The notes under the pieces were generated by a model. That model did no database searches and was not told the DNA's origin. It saw only the letters and a list, made by a program, of their open reading frames with translations. Below are positions 1-9,916 of a DNA stretch of 64,000 nt, piece by piece. How positions within the stretch are numbered: position 1 is the stretch's first letter; every line of letters starts with the position of its first letter. The stretch covers positions 1 through 64,000 of the forward strand of contig JAWODC010000077.1 of assembly GCA_046483495.1 (NCBI GenBank), read 5' to 3'. The DNA is from Desulfobacterales bacterium. Its GTDB lineage: Bacteria > Desulfobacterota > Desulfobacteria > Desulfobacterales > UBA5616. The position numbers and the translations under genes were made by a program.

Positions 1-120
1 TTTTATTTCGCTGAGGAAGGGCACCGGTTCAAAGAAAATGATGAGATTGTCATTTTGACGCATCGAAAGCATCTTCAGGAATTGAAGGATCGGTGGCCGC
101 CGGAGAATGCTTCATGGTGA
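1..120 (+). CDS. 3' end of a probable TrkA/RCK-C domain potassium uptake protein (partial)
   Basis: Frame 1 is open from the window edge: FYFAEEGHRFKENDEIVILTHRKHLQELKDRWPPENASW*; resembles an RCK_C tail. Confidence 0.45.
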   Translation, partial: FYFAEEGHRFKENDEIVILTHRKHLQELKDRWPPENASW

Positions 121-162
121 ATGGTGAACGGTGAACAGTGAACAGTGAACAGTGAACGGTAA
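115..162. repeat. Heptamer tandem repeat (GTGAACA/GTGAACG)n
   Basis: ggtgaatggtgaacggtgaacagtgaacagtgaacagtgaacggtaaa. Confidence 0.9.
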
Positions 163-172
163 ATCGGATCGG

Positions 173-300
173 GTCTTGATCCCCCCCATCCCGGCCTTCC
201 GCCCTCCAGGGGGGAAGGGGACATGCTGCGCCGCGAGTCCACTTATCGTAAAGCCTTAATTTTCAACAAGTAAACAAAAGTGCCGTTCGCTTTGCTCTCG
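173..300. repeat. Partial copy (one end) of the ~350 bp inverted-repeat element, family A
   Basis: Closely matches 59711-~59836 (gtctt.atcccccccatcccggccttcc...aaaagtgccgttcgctttgctc). Confidence 0.9.
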
Positions 301-348
301 CCCATAGCCCATAGCCCCTCGCCCATAGCCTCTCACCCATAACCCATA
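300..348. repeat. Heptamer tandem repeat (CCCATAG/CCCATAA-like)n
   Basis: gcccatagcccatagcccctcgcccatagcctctcacccataacccataa; reverse complement of the tract type at 7153-7230. Confidence 0.85.
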
Positions 349-412
349 AACTGTTCTTCACTATTTCCCACATCCCGCCCCGTTCATCCCACCCGTCGCG
401 CTCATTGTCAAT

Positions 413-3400
413 TCACGAATCCCGACGTTCCTCCCCAAGAAAAAACCATCCCCGAATACGCCCGGCAAGATTCAAACCGTCTTCCAGCATCATGTACAAA
501 CAGGGGATGAGAAAAAGGGTAACGAACGTGGCGAACAGCACGCCGAATCCCAGGCTGATGGCCATGGGCGTGATAAACCGGGCCTGTACACTTTGCTCCA
601 GCATGATGGGCGTCAACCCGGCAAACGTGGTCAACGATGTCAGAATAATGGCGCGGAACCGCAGTGCGCCGGCCTTGACGATCGCGTCGTGGGAATTCGC
701 ATTTTCCGCGCTTCGGATCTTGTTGGCGCGGTGGATGAGTACGAGCGAGTCGTTCACCACCACTCCGGACAAACCGACAATGCCCATCAGGCTCATCATG
801 CTGAGATTGTACCCCAGTGTGAGGTGGCCGACTACGGCACCGACGATACCGAAGGGGATGGCCGCCATTACCACAATGGGCTGGCTAAAGGATCGAAACG
901 GAACGGCCAGCAGCGCATAAATGCCGAAAAGCGCGATCATGAATCCCCGGGAAATATCCCCCAACGATTCGTTTTGCTCCCGGCCTTCACCTTCCAGGGT
1001 ATACCGCAGCCCCGGGTAGCGCTTGACCAGGTTCGGCATGAAGTCGGCCGTTACGGCCGCCCTGACCTCATTGGCATTGGCGACCTTCTCGTTGACGTCG
1101 GCCATGACCTTGATGACACGCTGCCGTTGAGCCCTCTGAATCGTGGCATAGCCCTGATCCATTTCCAATTCGGCCACCTGGCTGAAGGGAACCTCATCGC
1201 CTGCAGGCGTTCGAATCCGCATTTCCTCCGCATTGGTCAGGGATTTTCGTTCGTCTTCGGGATAGCGGACCAGCACTTTCACCTCGTCCCTGTCGCGCTG
1301 CATGCGAAGCGCTTCGGCGCCGTAAAACGCATGCCGAACCTGCCGCGCCAAATCATTCAGGGTCAATCCCAGTGTGCTGGCGGCCGGCTTCAATCGAAGC
1401 TGCAGCTCTTGTTTTCCGGGAAGAAAACTGTCGCTGATGTCGAAAACGCCGGCGATTTTCTCGAGCTCTTCCTTCAGTTCATCGGCCGCAGTCAACAATT
1501 GCTCCTGGTCCTCCATGGAAAGGTGAATTTCGATGGCGTTTCCGGCGCTGTGAATATCGCTTTTAAAGCTGATGGTTTCAGCATCCGGCACGGAGCCGGC
1601 TTTTTTCCGCCAGTGATTGAGGATTTCGACGGAGGCCATGTCCCGTTCTTCCGCATCCAGCAGCTGTATCCATATCTGGGCCAGGTGCCCACCGATATCG
1701 CCGGAATCCCCGTGACGGCCGAATTGACCGCCCACCAGGGAGATGCTGTGCTCGAAATAGGACGGCGTGCTTTCGGGCCGGCGTGCGTCGATTTCCGCCA
1801 ACGCTTCACGGGCCGCGTTTTCATAATGCGTCACCACTTCGAAAGTCCTTTCCGCGGGTGTGCCGGACGGCATGGTGATAAGGCATTCAAGTGTGTCTCC
1901 GTCCACCCGTGGAAAAAAGGTGAATTTGATCCACCCTGCCTGCCATGTCCCCAGCGTGACCAGCAGAATGGCGATGCCGAAAGCGACGGTGGCATACCGC
2001 CATTTCACCGAAAATTCCAGGAGCCTGGAATAAGGGCCCTCGATAATTTTTTTCAGCATGCGGGGGGCGAATTTTTCACGCGGTGTCCCGGAGTTGGTCT
2101 TGGACTTCATAATCTTCGATCGGTTCAGGTGCGCCGGCAAAATCAGCAGGGATTCGATCAGCGAACCCGCCAGTACCAGGATGACGACGATGGGAATATT
2201 CCGGGTGATGTTTCCCATGACGCCGCCGGCCGTCAACAGAGGCCAAAACGCCACCATGGTTGTCAGTACGGAGAAGATCACCGGTCTTCCCACTTCCAGG
2301 GTTCCCTCGACGGAAGCCGGCAGTGCGGCCATTCCCTCCTCGTGTTTGCGGTACACGTTCTCTCCCACGATGATGGCGTCATCGACAACGATACCCAGGA
2401 TCATGATAAACGCGAACAGGGAAATCATGTTGATGGATACATCGAATTGGGGGAGAAACATCAGCCCGGCGGCAAAGGATATGGGGATGCCCAGTGTCAC
2501 CCAGAAAGACAGGCGGATATTCAAAAAGACGCCCAAAATAATGACCACGAGAATCAGCCCCATGATCATGTTTTTCATCAACAATTCGATACGGCTTTTC
2601 AGGATGACGGACATATCGCCGAAGTATTCGATATTCACCCCGTTCGGCAGATCCGGCTCGATTTTCTTGACATAATCGCGCACCGTGCCGGCCACGGAAA
2701 GGGCGCTTTGGTCCGCAACCCTGAAGACATTGATCATGGCCGCCGGTTTGCCCTGAAACCGGGCGAACATGTCCACATCCTGAAAGCCGTCGCTGATTTC
2801 GGCGATTCGGCCGAGCGTCACACGGCTGCCGTCGGTACGGCTGATGACAGCGATATCCCGAAAATCATCGGCATAATACCGCTTGCCCTTGGTCCGGATC
2901 AGAATTTCTCCGGATTGCGTTTTGACGCTGCCCGCCGGAAGATCGAAACTGCTTCGGGCGACCATGTCCGCCACCTGCCCCAGGGTCAGGGCATACTTGC
3001 GAAGGGTATTTTCCGATATTTCGATATGGATCTCGCGTTCCCGAACGGCGGACACTTCCGCCTGGGTAACGCCCGGCAGATTGGTCAGGTCGTCTTTTAT
3101 GGTGTCTGCGATATGCTTGATGGTGGATTCCGACGCATCACCGTAAACGGCAAGGTTGATTACCTGGGAGCGGCGGACGATTTCCCTGACCACGGGCTGT
3201 TCGGCCTCCTCGGGGAATGTGGTGATGCGGTCCACTTCCGCTTTGACTTCGTCCAGCAGTTTTTTCAAATCCCAGTCCGTCATCACCTCGACGGTAATGG
3301 CGCCGTATCCCTCACGGATAACGGAGTCGATCCGCTTGATGCCGGCAAGACCCGATATTTTTTCCTCGATACGCCGCACCACGCCCTCTTCCACCTCTGA

Positions 3401-3571
3401 TGGGGATGCGCCGGGATAAACGGTCGAGATGCTGATCTTGTCGAGCGTGGTTTCCGGGAACACCTCCAGCTTAATGGTGGTCCCCACGATGATTCCGCCG
3501 ATAATCAGAAACAGCATCAGCAGGTTGGCTGCGACATGATTTTCAGTAAACCATCGGACGGCCCCTTTCAT
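413..3571 (-). CDS. RND efflux permease (AcrB/AcrD/AcrF family)
   Basis: 1052 aa; GIVVDDAIIVGEN and GVVVNDSLVL motifs, RFRAIILTSLTT; TM pattern. Confidence 0.95.
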   Translation of the reverse strand: MKGAVRWFTENHVAANLLMLFLIIGGIIVGTTIKLEVFPETTLDKISISTVYPGASPSEVEEGVVRRIEEKISGLAGIKRIDSVIREGYGAITVEVMTDWDLKKLLDEVKAEVDRITTFPEEAEQPVVREIVRRSQVINLAVYGDASESTIKHIADTIKDDLTNLPGVTQAEVSAVREREIHIEISENTLRKYALTLGQVADMVARSSFDLPAGSVKTQSGEILIRTKGKRYYADDFRDIAVISRTDGSRVTLGRIAEISDGFQDVDMFARFQGKPAAMINVFRVADQSALSVAGTVRDYVKKIEPDLPNGVNIEYFGDMSVILKSRIELLMKNMIMGLILVVIILGVFLNIRLSFWVTLGIPISFAAGLMFLPQFDVSINMISLFAFIMILGIVVDDAIIVGENVYRKHEEGMAALPASVEGTLEVGRPVIFSVLTTMVAFWPLLTAGGVMGNITRNIPIVVILVLAGSLIESLLILPAHLNRSKIMKSKTNSGTPREKFAPRMLKKIIEGPYSRLLEFSVKWRYATVAFGIAILLVTLGTWQAGWIKFTFFPRVDGDTLECLITMPSGTPAERTFEVVTHYENAAREALAEIDARRPESTPSYFEHSISLVGGQFGRHGDSGDIGGHLAQIWIQLLDAEERDMASVEILNHWRKKAGSVPDAETISFKSDIHSAGNAIEIHLSMEDQEQLLTAADELKEELEKIAGVFDISDSFLPGKQELQLRLKPAASTLGLTLNDLARQVRHAFYGAEALRMQRDRDEVKVLVRYPEDERKSLTNAEEMRIRTPAGDEVPFSQVAELEMDQGYATIQRAQRQRVIKVMADVNEKVANANEVRAAVTADFMPNLVKRYPGLRYTLEGEGREQNESLGDISRGFMIALFGIYALLAVPFRSFSQPIVVMAAIPFGIVGAVVGHLTLGYNLSMMSLMGIVGLSGVVVNDSLVLIHRANKIRSAENANSHDAIVKAGALRFRAIILTSLTTFAGLTPIMLEQSVQARFITPMAISLGFGVLFATFVTLFLIPCLYMMLEDGLNLAGRIRGWFFLGEERRDS

Positions 3572-4875
3572 GATGCCTCTCCTCCATTGTTTGCCGGGAC
3601 ATTTCTGACCAGCATCCCGTCGGTGACTTCCTTGATGGGGGACACCACGATCTGCTCACCTTCTTCGAGGCCGTTTTTAATTACGACGCCCGCATGAGTA
3701 TAAAGGGCTGTTTCAACGGTCCTGAATGTCAGGCGTCCTTCGCTGTCGACCACCCATACGGTGTCGTCTTCGCGGAGGGCCGCCCTGGGGATGAGGGCGC
3801 CGTTTTCAACCGGACGGCCGTCGATATTCACGGTGACGAAGATGCCGGGAGCCAGCGGCGGCTTTCGAGAATGGGGGGCGTCCACCCGTACGACGACATT
3901 GATCATGCGGGTGCGTTCATCCACATTTCCTTCGGCCCTGACCACGATGCCCGGCCAGGTATGCCGGCGTCCGGCAATATCCGCGACAACGGATGTGCGG
4001 GTGTAGGCGAAAGACTTCGGTGCGTTTTCCGTCCCCGAAACCGAGGATCCGGCGCCGCTCGAGGTAAACCCCGGAACATCAAACCACTCCAGCTTGTCGC
4101 TTTCCATTGGCACGACGATTTCGGCGGCATCGATGGAGTACAGAACCGCCGTGGCCTGTCCGGGAGATACATATTGGCCGATATCGACATTTTTCCGGCT
4201 GACGCGCCCGTCGAAAGGCGCTTTCAATCGGGTCCGTTCAAGATTCAATTTCGCCCTTTCCAGTTCGGCTTCCTGGGCGGCCAGGTTGGCCTGCGCAGTT
4301 TCGAGTTGGGGCTTTTTGGCCACCAGTGTAGGAGGCTCGGTGCCCGGATTCAGCTGCAGCCAGTCGGATCGGGCGACGGAAGCTTCCTGCCGGGCGAGTA
4401 TGAATTTGCTTTCCGCATCCTTGACCCTGGCTTCGGCCAGCGTAACGGCGATGCGATAATCCGCCGGATCGATGGAAAGGAGAATGTCGCCCTTTTTAAA
4501 AGCGCCCCCATCCACCATGGCCGGAGACATGTCCACCACTTTTCCGGCGACCTGTGGAATCAGCTGTATTTCCTGGAGAGGCCGAACGGTTCCATGACCT
4601 TGTATCGGCACCGGTATCGATCCGGTATTCACGGTGACGGTCCTGGCAAGGGGTGCCGCCACTTCGATTTGCCGGGTTTCCATGGGAGGACGGCTCGCCT
4701 TTAACAGCCAATTGCCCATGCCCCCGATAGTGATGAGCACAATAACCAGTGTGACCTGAATCCATCTGCGCCTCGATTTTTTCATCTCATCCGTATCCTT
4801 CATTGTCAAAAAGTCCACCTCTTTCGAATGTATCCGCGAAGTAATGCAACCCTTTGTCAGGGAGCACACTATCAT
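3568..4875 (-). CDS. RND periplasmic adaptor (membrane fusion protein); start may be 4803
   Basis: N-terminal TM anchor, lipoyl/hairpin motifs (PQVAGKV, LKAPFDGRV); overlaps neighbouring genes by ATGA. Confidence 0.93.
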   Translation of the reverse strand: MIVCSLTKGCITSRIHSKEVDFLTMKDTDEMKKSRRRWIQVTLVIVLITIGGMGNWLLKASRPPMETRQIEVAAPLARTVTVNTGSIPVPIQGHGTVRPLQEIQLIPQVAGKVVDMSPAMVDGGAFKKGDILLSIDPADYRIAVTLAEARVKDAESKFILARQEASVARSDWLQLNPGTEPPTLVAKKPQLETAQANLAAQEAELERAKLNLERTRLKAPFDGRVSRKNVDIGQYVSPGQATAVLYSIDAAEIVVPMESDKLEWFDVPGFTSSGAGSSVSGTENAPKSFAYTRTSVVADIAGRRHTWPGIVVRAEGNVDERTRMINVVVRVDAPHSRKPPLAPGIFVTVNIDGRPVENGALIPRAALREDDTVWVVDSEGRLTFRTVETALYTHAGVVIKNGLEEGEQIVVSPIKEVTDGMLVRNVPANNGGEAS

Positions 4876-6359
4876 TCATATAAGGCTAACGCTTCATTTT
4901 CCTGCTTAAAGTCCGGCCATCCGCCGCCAAGAGCACGGCACAGGGTAACCCTGTTTTGCATGAGGGCAAGATCCGATTGGATCAAGTCTTCCTCCGCCTG
5001 AAAACGGGCAAGAATTGCGTCCAGTACGGTTAAATAATCCACCAGGCCGCGTTCGTACCGGAGTTGTGCCATCTCCTGGGTGGCGCGTGCCTCGGTCAGA
5101 AACGCGATCAAGGATTCCCGCCGTTCGATCTGCTGCTTTCGGGTCATCAGCGCATTTTCAATTTCCGCGAATGCATTCAGAACCGTCTTGGCGTAATCCG
5201 TTGCGCCTTGCAGGTATCGCGCTTCGGCAATTTCCTGTCCGGCTTTTCGTTTCCCTGCATCGAAAACCGGCTGAAAAATGCCGGCAGCGATTTCCCACAG
5301 CTCACTGGCCGGTGAGACGAGGTTGTCCAACTCCCTGCTGGAGTAGCCGAATGTCCCCGTTAAGGTAATGGACGGAAAGCGAAGGGCCTTTGCCTCGCCG
5401 ATGCGTGCATTTTGGGCGATCAACGCCGCTTCTGCGGCCCTGATATCCGGCCGGCGAAGCAGGAGTTCCGAGGGGAGCCCCACCGGAATGGGCTCCAGCC
5501 GCCGGTAATAATCCTCCGGCTGAACCCGGGGGGATTGGATTTCGGGATAGTCGCCGGTCAGCACGGCAAGCCGGGTTTGGCTTGTTCCCAACGCCTGGTA
5601 CAGGGAAGGCTGTAGGGAAATGGCCTGGGACAATGTGCGCCGTGCCTGCCGGACCTCGAGCGCTCCGGTAAGGCCCGCCCGGTATCGCTTTTCAACGAGG
5701 TTCAGCCCCATTTCCAAATTGGCGATGCGTTGTGCATTCAGCGCAATCCGCCTTTCCAGGGATTCCATTTCCAGATACAGGCTGACGACCTCGGCCAAAA
5801 TGCTCTGGATCACCGTTCTCCGGTTTTCTTCCGCAGCAAGCAGATCGGCCCTCGCCGCTTCACCGGCCCGGGATAATCGGCCCCATAAATCGAGTTCGAA
5901 TGTCGCGGGGAGGGAAAGAACGTAACTGTTCGTTGTCGTACGCGTGCTGGCGGGGTTGAACACCAGTTCGCCGGTGGGCGACATGGCGGCCGTCGCGCTG
6001 CTCAGTGTCGCCTGGTTCCGCGCCGCTTCGCCGCCCAGGTTCAGAGCCGGAAACCGGCTGCTGCGTGTCTGGATCAGCCGCGCTTTTTGCTCGAGAATGA
6101 CGGCGGCGCTTTTTTGGATGTCCGGATTGCCCGCCAGGGTATTTTCCACCAGATCATCGATGGAAGGATCCTGGAAGGTTTTCCACCAGAAACACGCCCA
6201 TTCAGGCACGGCGCTCAGTGGTGCTGCGGAATCGTTTTGATAGGCTGCCGGTACGGAGAACCCCAATTCCGGCCCCCGGAAATCCGGTCCGAACCGCATG
6301 CAGCCCGCGGTCGCCGCCAGTAAAATCAAGGTGAAAATCAGCCGAATCCCTCGCTTCAT
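4872..6359 (-). CDS. Efflux outer-membrane lipoprotein (NodT/OprM/TolC family)
   Basis: Lipobox ATAGC, FELDLWGR, PSELLLRRPDIRAAE, ALGGGW. Confidence 0.95.
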   Translation of the reverse strand: MKRGIRLIFTLILLAATAGCMRFGPDFRGPELGFSVPAAYQNDSAAPLSAVPEWACFWWKTFQDPSIDDLVENTLAGNPDIQKSAAVILEQKARLIQTRSSRFPALNLGGEAARNQATLSSATAAMSPTGELVFNPASTRTTTNSYVLSLPATFELDLWGRLSRAGEAARADLLAAEENRRTVIQSILAEVVSLYLEMESLERRIALNAQRIANLEMGLNLVEKRYRAGLTGALEVRQARRTLSQAISLQPSLYQALGTSQTRLAVLTGDYPEIQSPRVQPEDYYRRLEPIPVGLPSELLLRRPDIRAAEAALIAQNARIGEAKALRFPSITLTGTFGYSSRELDNLVSPASELWEIAAGIFQPVFDAGKRKAGQEIAEARYLQGATDYAKTVLNAFAEIENALMTRKQQIERRESLIAFLTEARATQEMAQLRYERGLVDYLTVLDAILARFQAEEDLIQSDLALMQNRVTLCRALGGGWPDFKQENEALALYE

Positions 6360-7021
6360 GAATGTCTCTCCCTGCTGCCGTTTTCACCGGCCAATCCGTA
6401 CAAGGTAAACGATACGATGTGGTCGATGATCCGGTTGATAAAATGCTCGTCATATTCTCTTCCGGTGATCAGCCGGATGATGGTCCTTGCATGTGAAAAA
6501 TGGAGGGTCATGGCGATCAGGCTGAAGATTTTGAGTTTCATTTCCAGTTCATCCTCTTCATCCGTCAGATGAGATCGAAACAGATCGAGCAGAACCTGAA
6601 AAAACGGCTCGATAACTTCATTGAAGATAATATCCACAGCGCCGGTAGGATAGTGAATTTCACGGTGCATCAACCCATGAAAGGCTTCATTATTATCTTG
6701 ATTGAGGGGGTGTTTTTCCATAAAGGAGGTGACCACGGCCCGAATGACCGACTCGAAATTCATGTCCTCCTGTCCGGCGAGAATATCCTCGAATCGGCAG
6801 CGGACCTGGGACAACTGCGGCACCAGGCGACTGCGGAATACGTCGAAATACAAATTTTTCTTGTTGCCGAAATAATAGTTCACCGAGGCGAGGTTGCAAT
6901 CGGCGCACTGCGTGATTTCTCGGATCGAAACACCGTCAAAGCCCTTTTCCGCAAAAAGCTTCTCCGCTACCACCAGCAGGCGCTCTTTTGCCGTGTCATT
7001 CGAAACCGTTTGAATATCCAT
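6356..7021 (-). CDS. TetR family regulator (CecR/YbiH-like)
   Basis: TetR HTH LFAEKGFDGVSIREI...VNYYFGNK; GGGAG RBS before ATG at 7021. Confidence 0.9.
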   Translation of the reverse strand: MDIQTVSNDTAKERLLVVAEKLFAEKGFDGVSIREITQCADCNLASVNYYFGNKKNLYFDVFRSRLVPQLSQVRCRFEDILAGQEDMNFESVIRAVVTSFMEKHPLNQDNNEAFHGLMHREIHYPTGAVDIIFNEVIEPFFQVLLDLFRSHLTDEEDELEMKLKIFSLIAMTLHFSHARTIIRLITGREYDEHFINRIIDHIVSFTLYGLAGENGSRERHS

Positions 7022-7039
7022 GGTATTGCTCCCGGAAAA

Positions 7040-7101
7040 ATAAACGTTTGTATCAAACAAAAATTTCAAACGACCATATTAAACGATTGTTTTATTGTCA
7101 A
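7040..7101 (-). promoter_or_regulatory. Sigma70-type promoter for the TetR-RND operon, with repeated AAACG motifs (candidate operator)
   Basis: Minus strand: TTGACA (7101-7096), 17 nt spacer, TATGGT (7078-7073); AAACG repeats at ~7042, 7068, 7081. Confidence 0.7.
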
Positions 7102-7152
7102 TCGTTTTTTTGGTTGCATTGGGGAGGGGGGATGAAATAATAGAATTCGTAA

Positions 7153-7230
7153 GGGCTATGGGCTATGGGCTATAGGCTATGGGTTATGGGTGATGGGTGA
7201 GGGGCTATGGGTGATGGGTGATGGGTATGG
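7153..7230. repeat. Heptamer tandem repeat (GGGCTAT/GGGTGAT/GGGTTAT)n
   Basis: About 11 imperfect units, read directly. Confidence 0.92.
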
Positions 7231-7241
7231 ATTGGAAACGT

Positions 7242-7611
7242 TTTATTCCCCCCCATCCCGGCCTTCCCCCGCCGGGGGGGAAGGGGAGATGTAGCGAAGC
7301 CTTTAAATTTATTCCACTTTTCGCTTTTTAGAACATAGTTTCAAGCGCCTGCTTCGCGCCGCGTAAAAATGAGGGGGATCGTTTAAGTGATAAATCAGTA
7401 GCAGGGGTTAATTGGTGATTGAAAACACTTTTTGAAAAAAAATCATCAAAAAACAAACCGTGAGCAACGTGAAATTAGACAAACCGTGAGCAAAGCGAAC
7501 GGCACTTTTTCTTAACTTGTTGAAAATTAAGATATTACGATCAGTGGACTTGCGGCGCAGCATGTCCCCTTCACCCCTGGAGGGGGAAGGCCGGGATGGG
7601 GGGGGAATAAA
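7242..7611. mobile_element. MITE/REP-mosaic-like element, family A (full length, internally diverged)
   Basis: ~45 bp terminal inverted repeats (ttattcccccccatcccggccttccccc... / ...gggggaaggccgggatggggggggaataa); core shared with 33752-34108. Confidence 0.8.
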
Positions 7612-7633
7612 GCCCCGAGCAAAAATCAGCCAC

Positions 7634-7951
7634 ATGAAACCACTAACCGGAACCCAAAAAAAATACCTGCGAGGCATGGCCCATTCCTTGAAGCCGGTCG
7701 TATTCGTCGGTCAAAAGGGCATGAGTCCGTCATTGATACGGGCCGTAAACGAGGCCTTCGAAGCCCGTGAACTGATCAAGATAAAGTTCAACGAGTTCAA
7801 GGAAAAAGAGGAAAAGCGTGCGGTGCTGGCCGGTATTGAAGATCGAACCGGCGCTCGAGTGTGCGGCATAATAGGGCACACGGCGATTCTATACCGCAGA
7901 AATCCGGATCCGGAAAAACGAAAAATCGATCTGCCCAAGGGGACGTCATGA
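7634..7951 (+). CDS. yhbY: Ribosome assembly RNA-binding protein YhbY (CRM domain)
   Basis: LTGTQKKYLRGMAHSLKPVVFVGQKG...ELIKIK...IGHTAILYR. Confidence 0.9.
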   Translation: MKPLTGTQKKYLRGMAHSLKPVVFVGQKGMSPSLIRAVNEAFEARELIKIKFNEFKEKEEKRAVLAGIEDRTGARVCGIIGHTAILYRRNPDPEKRKIDLPKGTS

Positions 7952-8424
7952 ACATGCAAGAGCAGGCAGACAGCAAGTTGATCCCGATTTTGCGGGAAGG
8001 CATCGCCGTAGTCAAGATGATACTCTACAAAGAGTTCAAAACATACCTGTCCGGTAAGCACGGTGATTGGAGTGAGGAGGAGATTCGAGCGTTTTCGGGC
8101 GCCGTCATTAACGAAATTTTTAGTGCGGGTAAACCCCGGGATTCATTTTATCAGGAATATGAAGACGCGATCGAGGAGGAGGCGGATGACCTTCCATACC
8201 AATTCCCCGCTCTGGGAATTCCCCTCACCGATGCCCTCAGAATGCAGTTTTTATGCGACAGTTTGGAAGGCGTGGACAGCGAACACGTACTTTCCCGGGC
8301 ACGGGACAGGGGTATTTTATTGGTGGACCGTGAGGTGCCGTTCCCTAAAAACTTCTTGAAAATGGTGCGAAAAATCGGTGTGGCCCATAGGCTTCTTACA
8401 CCACAGGAGATCGAAGAGGAATGA
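7948..8424 (+). CDS. Hypothetical protein
   Basis: ATGA-coupled to yhbY and to the next gene; ~158 aa. Confidence 0.75.
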   Translation: MNMQEQADSKLIPILREGIAVVKMILYKEFKTYLSGKHGDWSEEEIRAFSGAVINEIFSAGKPRDSFYQEYEDAIEEEADDLPYQFPALGIPLTDALRMQFLCDSLEGVDSEHVLSRARDRGILLVDREVPFPKNFLKMVRKIGVAHRLLTPQEIEEE

Positions 8425-9884
8425 GTCGAATGGAAAGCAGAAGCGGAAATGATCGGATGGTTTCTTTGGAGGAGGTGTTTTCACCGAGGGGGGTTGCCGT
8501 TGTGGGTGTATCCGGTTCGGGAAAAATGGGCTTTGCCGAAGGCGTCACGATGGCACTGGTGGAAGCCGGGTGCCCCGGTATTTACCCGGTCAATCCCAAG
8601 TACAGCGAAGTTTTCGGGATGAAATGCTACCCTGATGTGAAAAGCATTCCTCATGCGGTGGACTTTGTCATCGTCAGTATTCCGGCGGGTGCTGTCCTCG
8701 ATCTGCTGGATGACTGTGCGGCAAAGGGCGTCAAAGCCGTCCAGTTTTTCACGGCGGGTTTCAGCGAAAGCGGCATATCGCAGCGGGCGGCGCTGGAACG
8801 GGAGATGCTGAAAAAGGCCAGGGCCGGCGGATTCAGGATTATCGGGCCCAACTGTGTGGGGGTGTATGTTCCCAAAAGCCGCCTGGTGAATATCAGTGGA
8901 GTTTCGCATGAACCCGGCCCCATCGCGTTTATTTCCCAGAGCGGCGGGCATGCCAACAACATCGTTCAATTCGGTGATCCCCGCGGGCTGCGGTTTTCGA
9001 AGGTTGTCAGTTACGGCAACGGTCTCGATGTCAATGAAATCGAGATGCTCGATTATTTTGCCGAAGATCCGGATACGGCCGTTATCGGGGCCTATATCGA
9101 GGGCGTAAAAGACGGCCAGGGGTTCGCAAAAGCCTTGAAAAAGGCAGCGGCGCAAAAACCCGTGGTGATCTATAAAGGCGGCAGAACGGATGCGGGGCAG
9201 CGGGCGGCATTCAGCCATACGGCAAGCCTTACCTCGTCCGTAGCCGTTTTCGATGCATTATGCAGACAGGTGAATGCCATCGTCGTGGACGATCTCGACG
9301 CGATGCTCGATGTACTGGCCGCGCTTTGTTTTGCCGAGCCCGTTCCCAATGGGCCGGGCATCGCCATGATCGGCGCGGGCGGCGGGCCCAGTGTATTGGC
9401 GGGAGACATCATGGAAAAGCATGGGCTTGTGCTGCCCCGGATGCCGGAATCCACCCAGGAGGAACTGAAGCAAGTCCTGCCCGTGGACGGCAGCATTTTC
9501 AGCAATCCCCTGGACACACCCAATATGGCTTCACCCGATGCCATATCCCAGGCACTGCCGATCATCGGAAAAGTGCCGGACATCGATATCCTGTTTTACC
9601 ACATGGGATTTCATCCCATCAGCCGGTGGGGCATCAACCGGTTTGTCGCCGATGACTATGCCCATCAGCTTGCCCGATCGCTTGCCGAGGCCGAACAGGT
9701 GATGAACAAGCCGGTCCTGCTGGCGCTCAGGCCGCCCAACGATATGGCCGGAATGGAAGAGTTTCTCGGTGTCCAGGCGGAGGCGGTGAAGGCCGGCCTG
9801 CCGGTTTTTTACTCCCTTGACGGGTTGGCCGGGGCCATGGCGCGGGTGGTCTCATGGCATCGGCGGAGGGAAATGGGTTCGTGA
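8421..9884 (+). CDS. ADP-forming acyl-CoA synthetase alpha-subunit-like (CoA-binding) protein
   Basis: YPVNPK, RIIGPNCVG, FISQSGG, phospho-His motif AFSHTASL; no ATP-grasp domain. Confidence 0.88.
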   Translation: MSRMESRSGNDRMVSLEEVFSPRGVAVVGVSGSGKMGFAEGVTMALVEAGCPGIYPVNPKYSEVFGMKCYPDVKSIPHAVDFVIVSIPAGAVLDLLDDCAAKGVKAVQFFTAGFSESGISQRAALEREMLKKARAGGFRIIGPNCVGVYVPKSRLVNISGVSHEPGPIAFISQSGGHANNIVQFGDPRGLRFSKVVSYGNGLDVNEIEMLDYFAEDPDTAVIGAYIEGVKDGQGFAKALKKAAAQKPVVIYKGGRTDAGQRAAFSHTASLTSSVAVFDALCRQVNAIVVDDLDAMLDVLAALCFAEPVPNGPGIAMIGAGGGPSVLAGDIMEKHGLVLPRMPESTQEELKQVLPVDGSIFSNPLDTPNMASPDAISQALPIIGKVPDIDILFYHMGFHPISRWGINRFVADDYAHQLARSLAEAEQVMNKPVLLALRPPNDMAGMEEFLGVQAEAVKAGLPVFYSLDGLAGAMARVVSWHRRREMGS

Positions 9885-9916
9885 ATCGTGCGCGCGGCGG
9901 GAATGTCCCTTTATCG

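Noticed and set aside
115..348. Tandem repeats as a CRISPR array
   Set aside because: Units are 6-7 bp with no unique spacers, and there are no cas genes in the window
593..3400. 935 aa plus-strand ORF, and similar long antisense ORFs (e.g. 3694-4704, 28708-29595, 32625-33530, 34359-35264, 52902-53741)
   Set aside because: Shadow frames opposite well-supported genes in GC-rich coding DNA; no recognisable motifs
7408..7677. ORFs within element A copies (7408-7677, the 7517 extension of yhbY, 33641-34116, 59760-60110)
   Set aside because: Translations of the palindromic repeat (PSPLEGEGRDGG-type); the frames are not conserved between copies
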